The position numbers and the translations under genes are program-made. The notes beneath the pieces are model-generated. The model worked only from the letters and a program-made list of their open reading frames with translations. It was not told the DNA's origin and ran no database searches. This document shows positions 48,706 through 56,152 of a DNA stretch of 64,000 nt, one piece after another. The stretch lies in the NCBI GenBank assembly GCA_017304675.1, contig JAFKLS010000020.1:54300-118299 (forward strand). The letters run 5' to 3'. How positions within the stretch are numbered: the first letter of the stretch is position 1; every line of letters begins with the position of its first letter. This stretch comes from Sphingobacteriia bacterium (GTDB lineage: Bacteria; Bacteroidota; Bacteroidia; Chitinophagales; Chitinophagaceae).

Positions 48706-49725
48706 TTATAAAGATTGAATGATTTGCTCCAGCTCACTTAAAGGAATTTGTTTGATCACTCCTTTACCAATCTTCTCCAATAAAATATAGTTGATGGTTG
48801 TTCTTTCTCGTTTCTTGTCCATTTTCAACACATCAAAAACCTTTTGTTTGTCAAACTGAACATAGGTTGGCAAGCCATATTGCTCCAATATTTTTACAAC
48901 AGTTTCAGTTTGTTTGAACTTAAGTAATTGATGAGAAATATGCGAAGCATAAGTCATGCCGATTGAAACCGCTTGCCCATGCATTAAATCGTATTGATTT
49001 TCCAAAGCATGTCCAAGTGTATGACCAAAGTTTAAAAGTTTTCTTTCACCTTGTTCAAATTCATCGTTCTGAACTACTTTTAATTTTATTTTGGCATTCC
49101 GCTGAATAAGCAAACAAGCCTCTTTTTTTCTTTTAGTGTAAAAGTTTACATCATGCTTTTGTAGCTCTTTAAACATAGCAGCATCTTTAATGCATGCATG
49201 CTTAATAATTTCTGCAAAACCATTCTGCCATTCTTTCTCTGGTAATGTATTTAGAAAAATCAGGTCGTGCAGAATGAAGGAGGGTTGCTTCGTAACACCA
49301 ATAACATTTTTATATATATCAACATCAATTCCGTTTTTACCGCCAATGCTTGCATCCACTAAAGCAAGCAATGTTGTTGGCACAAAACCAAATTGTATCC
49401 CACGCATATAAATACTGGCAACATAACCGGTGATATCTGTAATAACACCACCGCCAACGCCTACCAGAAAAGTTTTTCTATCAGCTTCTAATTCTATTAA
49501 TTGTTGAATAATGGAATCAACAGTTGCCTGAACTTTATATTCTTCTCCTGCTTTTAAAACAATGGTCTTATAATTTTTGAACCGCTTTGCGTGTGCTTCA
49601 AAAATATTTTCATCGGTAATAAAAATGGTATTCTTAATATCGATCAACTCTTTGAGATGGCTGATACCATTTGCGAAATAAAAATCGGTTGAACTATTAT
49701 TGAATTTGAAAGTTTGCTTAAACAT
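48706..49725 (-). CDS. aroB: 3-dehydroquinate synthase
   Basis: GGGVITDITGYVA, DASIGGKNG and LNFGHTLGHALE are present. I moved the start to the ATG at 49725. Confidence 0.9.
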   Translation of the reverse strand: MFKQTFKFNNSSTDFYFANGISHLKELIDIKNTIFITDENIFEAHAKRFKNYKTIVLKAGEEYKVQATVDSIIQQLIELEADRKTFLVGVGGGVITDITGYVASIYMRGIQFGFVPTTLLALVDASIGGKNGIDVDIYKNVIGVTKQPSFILHDLIFLNTLPEKEWQNGFAEIIKHACIKDAAMFKELQKHDVNFYTKRKKEACLLIQRNAKIKLKVVQNDEFEQGERKLLNFGHTLGHALENQYDLMHGQAVSIGMTYASHISHQLLKFKQTETVVKILEQYGLPTYVQFDKQKVFDVLKMDKKRERTTINYILLEKIGKGVIKQIPLSELEQIIQSL

Positions 49726-49753
49726 GGTCAATAGTCAATAGTCCATTGTCAAT
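49726..49753. repeat. Heptamer tandem array (GTCAATA, the AATTGAC family in reverse complement), intergenic
   Basis: GGTCAAT AGTCAAT AGTCCAT TGTCAAT. Confidence 0.65.
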
Positions 49754-49770
49754 ATTTATGAATCAACGAT

Positions 49771-49798
49771 CGTGGACTGTCGACCGTTGACCGTTAAC
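49771..49798. repeat. Heptamer tandem array (CGTTGAC family), intergenic
   Basis: CGTGGAC TGTCGAC CGTTGAC CGTTAAC, ending at the stop codon of the upstream gene. Confidence 0.65.
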
Positions 49799-50884
49799 TT
49801 ATGAATTCATAATCCTATTTTGATGGCTGATACTTTCCATATGCACCGCATCAAAATATTTAGTGATGAACTCTTTACTTAAACCTAATTTCTCACCTTT
49901 TGCAAACGCTCTTTCCAAAATGGAGTTCCAACGATTGGTTTGTAAAATGGTGATGTTATTATCTTTTTTATACTGACCGATTTTTTCAGCAACTTTCATA
50001 CGTTGACCAAGAATTTGCATCAACTCATCATCCAAATGATTGATTTGTTGACGTAATTTTTCCAAAGCCGCATGATATTCTTCATTGGCAACATCTTCTT
50101 TTCTCCAATGAATATTGCTGATCATTTCACCCAGGCGTTCAGGTGTAATTTGTTGTTTGGCATCACTCCATGCATTATCAGGATCAATATGGCTTTCAAT
50201 GATCAATCCGTCATAATGTAAATCAATTGCTTTTTGTGCAACATCCTGTAAAATATCTCTTCTGCCACAAATGTGAGAAGGATCGTTAATCATCATTAAT
50301 TCAGGATTTCTTCTTTTCATTTCAATCGCTAAATGCCACATAGGAGCATTGCGATATTCTGTATTGCCGTAAGAAGAAAATCCACGGTGAATTAATCCGA
50401 TTTTATTAATACCTGCTTTTGCTACACGTTCAACAGCACCCAGCCATAATTCCAAATCTGGATTGATCGGATTTTTAATTAATACAGGAACATCAACACC
50501 TTTCAACGCATCAGCAACTTCTTGCACACTGAATGGATTAACAGTTGTTCTTGCACCGATCCATAAAATATCAACATCAAAATGCAAAGCATCTTCTACC
50601 TGCTTACCTGTTGCCACTTCAATTGCTACGGGCAAGCCTGATAAAGCTTTTGCTTTTTGCAACCAAGGCAAGCCTTTTGTACCAACGCCTTCAAAAGTTC
50701 CGGGACGGGTACGAGGTTTCCAAATACCTGCACGAAGTACATCTACTTTACCTGTAGCAGCCAAACGTGTTGCAGTTGCCACTACTTGCTCTTCTGTTTC
50801 TGCACTGCAGGGGCCGCTGATGATAAGCGGGCGTTTATTCCAAACTTCACTGATTGATTTTGATAATGTTTCTGTTTGTTCCAT
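49799..50884 (-). CDS. Bifunctional 3-deoxy-7-phosphoheptulonate synthase (KDO8PS-like class I-beta) / chorismate mutase type II
   Basis: An N-terminal DAHPS barrel (ISGPCSAE...RAGIWKPRT...DPSH) and a C-terminal CM2 helix bundle (LRQQINHLDDELMQILGQRM). Confidence 0.85.
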   Translation of the reverse strand: MEQTETLSKSISEVWNKRPLIISGPCSAETEEQVVATATRLAATGKVDVLRAGIWKPRTRPGTFEGVGTKGLPWLQKAKALSGLPVAIEVATGKQVEDALHFDVDILWIGARTTVNPFSVQEVADALKGVDVPVLIKNPINPDLELWLGAVERVAKAGINKIGLIHRGFSSYGNTEYRNAPMWHLAIEMKRRNPELMMINDPSHICGRRDILQDVAQKAIDLHYDGLIIESHIDPDNAWSDAKQQITPERLGEMISNIHWRKEDVANEEYHAALEKLRQQINHLDDELMQILGQRMKVAEKIGQYKKDNNITILQTNRWNSILERAFAKGEKLGLSKEFITKYFDAVHMESISHQNRIMNS

Positions 50885-50941
50885 TTCGAAATGTTTAAGA
50901 TTAGAATGTTTTAGTTTAATTCTATCTCAGGTGTGTATTGT

Positions 50942-51020
50942 AAGTCAAAATTCAAAAGTGAAAAGTCAAAACCCAAAGCAATAAACTTTTTCTTTTCACT
51001 TTTGCCTTTTTACTTTTTAT
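50942..51020. repeat. Inverted pair of heptamer arrays (GTSAAAA x5 / TTTTSAC x5) forming a long hairpin
   Basis: GTCAAAA TTCAAAA GTGAAAA GTCAAAA CCCAAAG, then CTTTTTC TTTTCAC TTTTGCC TTTTTAC TTTTTAT. The perfect 13-bp core is CAAAAGTGAAAAG (50953-50965) pairing with CTTTTCACTTTTG (50992-51004). Confidence 0.75.
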
Positions 51021-52676
51021 TTATCTGCTATTCGCATCATTCATTCTGATTCTTCTGCCACGATAGTTTTTACCATCAATTGCAGCGATCATTTGCTTTG
51101 CAGCTTTTTTCTCAATTTCAACCCAGCTGTTCATTTCTTTCATATCAATTCTTCCCAACACTTCTTTACGCAAATCACTCATATCTAAAATGAACTGTAA
51201 AAAACTTGCTTTATAAAAACCATCTTTCGTTCCAAGGTTTACAAACAATCTTGCATAATCGCTGCCGCCATGTTGAGCGCCTCTGTTATCTCTGCCTCTG
51301 CTTCTTCCCTGATCTCTTCCATCACCCGCATCTCTTCTTTCTCTGCGTTGTTCACGAATATTCAAATCACCTGCATTTTCATAATATTTCAAGAAACGAT
51401 CAAACTCAGTTGCTGCCATTCTTGTAAGAATTTCTTCTTTAGTAACGTCTGCAAATTTTTCCTGCAGCATTGGTAAATAAGTTTGATAATCTCCATGGGA
51501 AATATCTACCTGCAATAATTTATCCATGAAATGATAAAACTGTTTTCTGCAAACATCTTTACCACTTGGAATTTCCAGTTTATGAAAAGTGGCTTGCACC
51601 ATTTTTTCAATCGAACGAATCTTGTACACATCTTTTGTATGCACGATACTCATACAAATACCTGTGCTTCCAGCCCTACCCGTACGGCCGCTTCTGTGTG
51701 TATACACTTCAATATCGTCAGGTAATTCAAAATTGATAACGTGTGTAATTTCTTTCACATCAATACCACGAGCCGCAACATCTGTTGCCACCAACAACTG
51801 CAAGGTTTTATCGCGAAACTCACCCATTACTTTATCACGTTGTTGCTGCGTTAAATCGCCATGCAAAGCATCAATATCGTAACCATCTCTGGTTAATTTT
51901 TCAGCAATATTTTGTGCATCAACTTTGGTACGAGTGAAAATGATACCATACATTCCCGGATTGAAATCAATCAATCTTTTTAATGCTTCGTAACGTTGAC
52001 TGGCATTTACAACAAAGTATTGATGATCGATACTTTTGTTGGTCGTATTCATTTTACCAACCGTTACTTCCACGGGATCTTTCATGTAACGCTTACTAAC
52101 TCTGCGAATTTCAGCTGGCATAGTTGCGCTGAATAACCAGGTAGATTCACGCTTTGGAGTATTTTCTAAAATGAATTCAATATCATCTTTAAAACCCATG
52201 TTCAGCATTTCATCTGCTTCATCTAAAACCACATAACTGATCTGTTCTAAGTTGATGGCTTTCCTTTCGATTAAATCAATCAATCTCCCCGGAGTTGCCA
52301 CCACTATCTGAACGCCTCTTCTCAAGTCGCGGATCTGCATACTGATAGATGCACCACCATACACCGCCACAACGTGTAGCCCTGGCATGAACTTTTTAAA
52401 CCCTTCAATTTCTGTTACGATCTGCATACACAATTCACGTGTAGGGCAAACCACCAATGCTTGCGGATATCTCTGAGAAGCATCTACTAATTGTAATAAT
52501 GGCAAGCCAAATGCTGCCGTTTTTCCTGTGCCTGTTTGAGCCAATCCAATTAAATCCTTCGTACCGTTTAGCAATACAGGAATAGCCTTTTCCTGTATTA
52601 AAGTTGGGTTCACAAACCCCAACGCATCGGTAGCTTTAATCAAATTCGCATCCAAGCCTAACTCACTAAATGTCAT
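51021..52676 (-). CDS. DEAD-box ATP-dependent RNA helicase with an RG-rich linker and DbpA-like C-terminal RNA-binding domain
   Basis: Q-motif, AQTGTGKT, DEADEM, SAT and HRSGRTGRAG are present. The C-terminus is ...RRERRDAGDGRDQGRSRGRDNRG... followed by the DbpA fold. Confidence 0.9.
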   Translation of the reverse strand: MTFSELGLDANLIKATDALGFVNPTLIQEKAIPVLLNGTKDLIGLAQTGTGKTAAFGLPLLQLVDASQRYPQALVVCPTRELCMQIVTEIEGFKKFMPGLHVVAVYGGASISMQIRDLRRGVQIVVATPGRLIDLIERKAINLEQISYVVLDEADEMLNMGFKDDIEFILENTPKRESTWLFSATMPAEIRRVSKRYMKDPVEVTVGKMNTTNKSIDHQYFVVNASQRYEALKRLIDFNPGMYGIIFTRTKVDAQNIAEKLTRDGYDIDALHGDLTQQQRDKVMGEFRDKTLQLLVATDVAARGIDVKEITHVINFELPDDIEVYTHRSGRTGRAGSTGICMSIVHTKDVYKIRSIEKMVQATFHKLEIPSGKDVCRKQFYHFMDKLLQVDISHGDYQTYLPMLQEKFADVTKEEILTRMAATEFDRFLKYYENAGDLNIREQRRERRDAGDGRDQGRSRGRDNRGAQHGGSDYARLFVNLGTKDGFYKASFLQFILDMSDLRKEVLGRIDMKEMNSWVEIEKKAAKQMIAAIDGKNYRGRRIRMNDANSR

Positions 52677-52828
52677 ATTCTGTTTTTAAAATTTGCGGCA
52701 AAGGTAACTAAAACCACTCCGTTGCCCTGTTTTATTTAGTAAAGTGTTGTTTAGCAAGCTTTTACCTTCATGGCATCGCCTGTTGCGTCGCACTCTTCAA
52801 CGCTTTGAACTTTACTTGTCAATTTTTT

Positions 52829-52897
52829 TGTCATGCTGAGATCGTCAAAGCATTTGCTACTTTTATTCTCAGATTCTTCGCTTCGCTCAGAATGACA
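52829..52897. repeat. REP/MITE-like palindromic intergenic element (GTCATTCTGAGCGAAGCGAAGAATC type)
   Basis: The terminal inverted repeat is TGTCATGCTGAG ... CTCAGAATGACA (11/12). It generates the spurious peptide HSERSEESE, which I remember as typical of a widespread Bacteroidota repeat. Confidence 0.6.
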
Positions 52898-52898
52898 A

Positions 52899-53627
52899 TT
52901 ATTGTAAAAATTTCCTCCAATTATTTTTCCAATAAGTTGAATAATCAAAGCCATGCTCACCTACTCGCTCAATTGTTTTCACAATATTTTCTTTAACCAT
53001 AGCTAATTGATTGTTATTAATCTTATAAATTATACCGTTTTTTGGTTCATATTTTTTATTCCTCTCAGAATAAATTGCAAATTGAAAAATTACACCCAGC
53101 TCTATTCTTTTATAATTTTTAATCTGGAATAAATGAGATACAAATTGTCCACTTTTTTCAGGTTGATAATCAAAAAACAACCCTAAATCCTTATCTATTA
53201 ATTGCATTTTTTGTTCATCAAATTCTTTTCCTGTATAAGTAAGATCATAATAAATTGAATCATTCAAATCTCTTGTCGAATATTCCCCACTTGAAACAAA
53301 TATGTTGTTTTGTGGATTAAAAAGATAAACATCATAACTTAATTTCTGCCAAACAGCAATATCAGGGAATCCGTTTTTATCAATATCTATACTTCTAATA
53401 TATTTCGCAGCATCAAAAAAAGAATCAATGGTCTTCCATTTATTGTTTTCAAATTTTTCAATTACAACATTTTCTTTTGTAGTATCCTCCAAGCGAATTT
53501 TAAATTTTACTTTATTAACATAAAATGTATCTCCTTTTACAGAAGGCCAATGAAAATCACTTGCTTGCCCTTTGCAAAAAGGATTGCAAAAAGTAAAAGT
53601 CAATAGTATCGTAAATACTTTTTTCAT
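52899..53627 (-). CDS. Hypothetical secreted protein, AT-rich, inserted within the aromatic gene cluster
   Basis: 242 aa. Signal peptide MKKVFTILLTFTF and one DIDKNGFPDIAV (FG-GAP/VCBS-like) segment. No family recognised. Confidence 0.5.
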   Translation of the reverse strand: MKKVFTILLTFTFCNPFCKGQASDFHWPSVKGDTFYVNKVKFKIRLEDTTKENVVIEKFENNKWKTIDSFFDAAKYIRSIDIDKNGFPDIAVWQKLSYDVYLFNPQNNIFVSSGEYSTRDLNDSIYYDLTYTGKEFDEQKMQLIDKDLGLFFDYQPEKSGQFVSHLFQIKNYKRIELGVIFQFAIYSERNKKYEPKNGIIYKINNNQLAMVKENIVKTIERVGEHGFDYSTYWKNNWRKFLQ

Positions 53628-53641
53628 TTTCCACTTTCCAT

Positions 53642-54535
53642 TTACTTAATAATTTTTCTGATCTTATTTGCCTTCTCCATCAGCTCATTTAAAAATTCAA
53701 GGTTCTCTTTTTCCAAAGCGCTTTTAAATTTCCTGAGTTGAGAAATATGTTCATTTAAAACATCCAATACATTTTCTTTGTTCTGCATAAAAATCGGCGC
53801 CCACATAGCTGGATTACTTTTTGCCAAACGAACGGTGCTTTCAAAACCACCACCGGCCAATTCAAAAATGGCATCTTCTTCTTTTTCTTTCTCTAAAACC
53901 GTATTCGCCAAAGCAAAAGAAGTGATGTGTGAAATATGGCTTACATAAGCCGCATGCATATCGTGATCATGTGCATTCATATACACCAAATGCATTCCCA
54001 ATTCTTTATAAATATTTTCAACAATCTCAACTGCTGTTGCATCACTTTTTTCTTTTTCACAGATCACACAAGCCCTGCCTGCAAACGCATTTTGCACAGC
54101 TGCTTCCGGACCACTATATTCTGTTCCCCACATAGGATGTGTTGCAACAAATCTTTTTCTGTTTGCATGATTTTCTAAAGCCTCGCATAAAGCAAATTTT
54201 GTAGACCCCGCATCCACCACAATTTGTTTGTCATTCACCAAATCCATTATTTGTTGCATAATAGGAATGGTAGCATCAACAGGAATGGCCACATAAATCA
54301 AATCAGCTTTTTTAACGGCTTCTTCCAAAGGCAATACTTCATCTACCAAATTCAATTGCAACACTTTTTGCTTTGTTTCTTCTCTATTGCACACACCAAT
54401 GATATGCGATGCCAACTTTTTATTTTTTAAAGCCAACGCAAATGAACCACCAATTAATCCAACACCCACGACACAAACTGACAATTGAGAATTGACAATT
54501 GACAATTGGAGATTATTATCTGTACTATTTGTCAT
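53642..54535 (-). CDS. tyrA: Prephenate dehydrogenase
   Basis: The Rossmann segment VVGVGLIGGSFALAL and HPMWG are present. The first ~18 codons are encoded by a heptamer array, so the true start is uncertain. Confidence 0.85.
   Translation of the reverse strand: MTNSTDNNLQLSIVNSQLSVCVVGVGLIGGSFALALKNKKLASHIIGVCNREETKQKVLQLNLVDEVLPLEEAVKKADLIYVAIPVDATIPIMQQIMDLVNDKQIVVDAGSTKFALCEALENHANRKRFVATHPMWGTEYSGPEAAVQNAFAGRACVICEKEKSDATAVEIVENIYKELGMHLVYMNAHDHDMHAAYVSHISHITSFALANTVLEKEKEEDAIFELAGGGFESTVRLAKSNPAMWAPIFMQNKENVLDVLNEHISQLRKFKSALEKENLEFLNELMEKANKIRKIIK
54476..54517. repeat. Heptamer tandem array, AATTGAC family, encoding the tyrA N-terminus
   Basis: AACTGAC AATTGAG AATTGAC AATTGAC AATTGGA GATTATT, encoding NNLQLSIVNSQLSV. 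Confidence 0.8.
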
Positions 54536-54581
54536 TACTCTGTTTGCTTGATTTAATGATACTAATTAATAATTTCAGCAA

Positions 54582-54887
54582 CTATTTACAATCAGAATTA
54601 AGGCTTTCAAAGAGCTTTTGATCCAAATAACCTGATTGATGCAATAATTCTAACCAATATTCAGTTTCATTTGCTTCTTTCAGTGCAATTGATAATTTAT
54701 GAATAAAATCAGTTTTACTTTGAGCTTGTTCTGCTTCTCGAATATTTGCTCCAATTGAAGTTCCACTTCGCAACAATTGCTTTGACAAAATATGTTCTTG
54801 CTTCTCCGAACACAAATATTGATTGCATTTAACTATTCTAAGTGCAAAGGCAAAACTTTTCTCTTTTAAAATATTTTCTTTCTTCAT
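54582..54887 (-). CDS. Four-helix-bundle protein (23S rRNA intervening-sequence protein / Avd family)
   Basis: About 101 aa. SFAFALRIVK...QLLRSGTSIGANIREA...F..KLSIALKEANETEYWLELL is the TIGR02436/PF05635 pattern. ATG at 54887. Confidence 0.8.
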   Translation of the reverse strand: MKKENILKEKSFAFALRIVKCNQYLCSEKQEHILSKQLLRSGTSIGANIREAEQAQSKTDFIHKLSIALKEANETEYWLELLHQSGYLDQKLFESLNSDCK

Positions 54888-54888
54888 T

Positions 54889-54916
54889 GTCAATTATCAA
54901 TTGTCAATTTTTAATT
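54889..54916. repeat. Heptamer tandem array GTCAATT (inverted relative to 54476-54517)
   Basis: GTCAATT ATCAATT GTCAATT TTTAATT. It spans the gap between the aminotransferase stop and the four-helix-bundle start. Confidence 0.75.
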
Positions 54917-56121
54917 CTTCTGATTGCTTCTTCAAAACGCTCAATACTTCCGCACAAACTCACTCTTATATAACCATCTCCTGCCGTTCCAAAAATTCCA
55001 CCCGGAGTGATGAACACATTTGAGTTGTATAAAACTTCATCACTCAATTCATATCCGTTTTTATATGTTGAAGGGATCTTTGCCCACACAAACATTCCAA
55101 CTTGTTTTGTAGAATATTCACATTGCAATAGATCCAACAATTCAAAAACCTTTGTTCTTCTTTCTGTGTAAATTTTATTCACGCTATCGTACCAATCTTT
55201 ATCCAAGCTCAACGCTTTTGCGGCAGCCAATTGTACCGGCAAGAACATACCGCTATCCATATTGCTTTTAAACTTCAATACTTCATCAATTCTTTCTTTA
55301 GCACCACACAACATACCAACACGCCATCCCGCCATATTAGATGATTTACTTAATGAGTTTAATTCTAACACAACATCTTTTGCGCCATCTACACTCAACA
55401 AACTTTTAGGATTATTATTCAAAATAAAACTGTAGGGATTATCGTGAATGATGAGGATATTATTCTTCCTCCCAAATGCAACAATTTTTTTAAACAATGC
55501 ATCATTAGCATTTTGTCCGGTTGGCATTTGCGGATAATTCACAAAAAGCCCCTTAATCCCCTGAAGGGGAAATGATGAAATCAATTTTTCTAATTCAGCA
55601 AAATCGGGTTCATAATTATTTTCTTCTTTTAAATTATAATATACAGGCGTAGCTCCTGAAAGCTTTACTGCACTTGAATAAGTTGGATATCCAGGATTGG
55701 GCACCAATACTCCCACTCCTTCTTCAAAATACGTCATACAGATATGCATGATGCCTTCTTTACTTCCAATCAATGGCAAAATTTCTGTATCCGCATTCAA
55801 CTCAACATTGTACCATTTCTTATACCAATCCTTCACTGCATTTCTCAATACAGGAGAACCTTTGTAAGATTGATAAGCATGAACATTAGGCTTTGCGCTT
55901 TCTTCCTGCAACACTTTTATAACATCAGGGTGTGGTGGTAAATTCGGACTACCAATTCCCAAATTGATGATATTCTTTCCTTGCTTATTCAACTCATCAA
56001 TCTCTCTTAATTTTTGAGAGAAGTAATATTCGCCTATACCTTCTAAACGTTTGGCCACCCCCCACCCCCCTGAAGGGAGAGTTAATATAGATTCTGTTTC
56101 GCTTGTTGTATTTGATTTCAT
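54904..56121 (-). CDS. Class I/II PLP-dependent aminotransferase (probable aromatic/aspartate aminotransferase of the operon)
   Basis: SLSKSSNMAGWRVG (PLP lysine) and NPGYPTY are present. It carries two mini hairpin elements. Confidence 0.85.
   Translation of the reverse strand: MKSNTTSETESILTLPSGGWGVAKRLEGIGEYYFSQKLREIDELNKQGKNIINLGIGSPNLPPHPDVIKVLQEESAKPNVHAYQSYKGSPVLRNAVKDWYKKWYNVELNADTEILPLIGSKEGIMHICMTYFEEGVGVLVPNPGYPTYSSAVKLSGATPVYYNLKEENNYEPDFAELEKLISSFPLQGIKGLFVNYPQMPTGQNANDALFKKIVAFGRKNNILIIHDNPYSFILNNNPKSLLSVDGAKDVVLELNSLSKSSNMAGWRVGMLCGAKERIDEVLKFKSNMDSGMFLPVQLAAAKALSLDKDWYDSVNKIYTERRTKVFELLDLLQCEYSTKQVGMFVWAKIPSTYKNGYELSDEVLYNSNVFITPGGIFGTAGDGYIRVSLCGSIERFEEAIRRIKN
55549..55569. 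repeat. C4/G4 mini hairpin element inside the aminotransferase
   Basis: CCCCTTAATCCCCTGAAGGGG, encoding FPLQGIKG. Confidence 0.75.
56055..56077. repeat. C4/G4 mini hairpin element inside the aminotransferase N-terminal region
   Basis: CCACCCCCCACCCCCCTGAAGGG, encoding LPSGGWGV. Confidence 0.7.
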
Positions 56122-56152
56122 AAATAATTTATGATAATTTTTATAAATGTTT

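Noticed and set aside
50463-50984. 173-aa plus-strand ORF
   Set aside because: It is entirely antisense to the well-supported DAHP synthase/chorismate mutase gene. It is low-complexity and Ser/Thr/Ala-rich, with no recognisable family.
52751-52960. 69-aa minus-strand ORF containing HSERSEESENKSSKCFDDLSMTKK
   Set aside because: It is generated by the REP/MITE-like palindromic element at 52829-52897 and overlaps the 3' end of the neighbouring gene. It is the typical spurious translation of that repeat type.
54582-54887. Four-helix-bundle gene as the Avd component of a diversity-generating retroelement
   Set aside because: There is no reverse transcriptase gene, template/variable repeat pair or target gene nearby. 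It is treated as an orphan family member.
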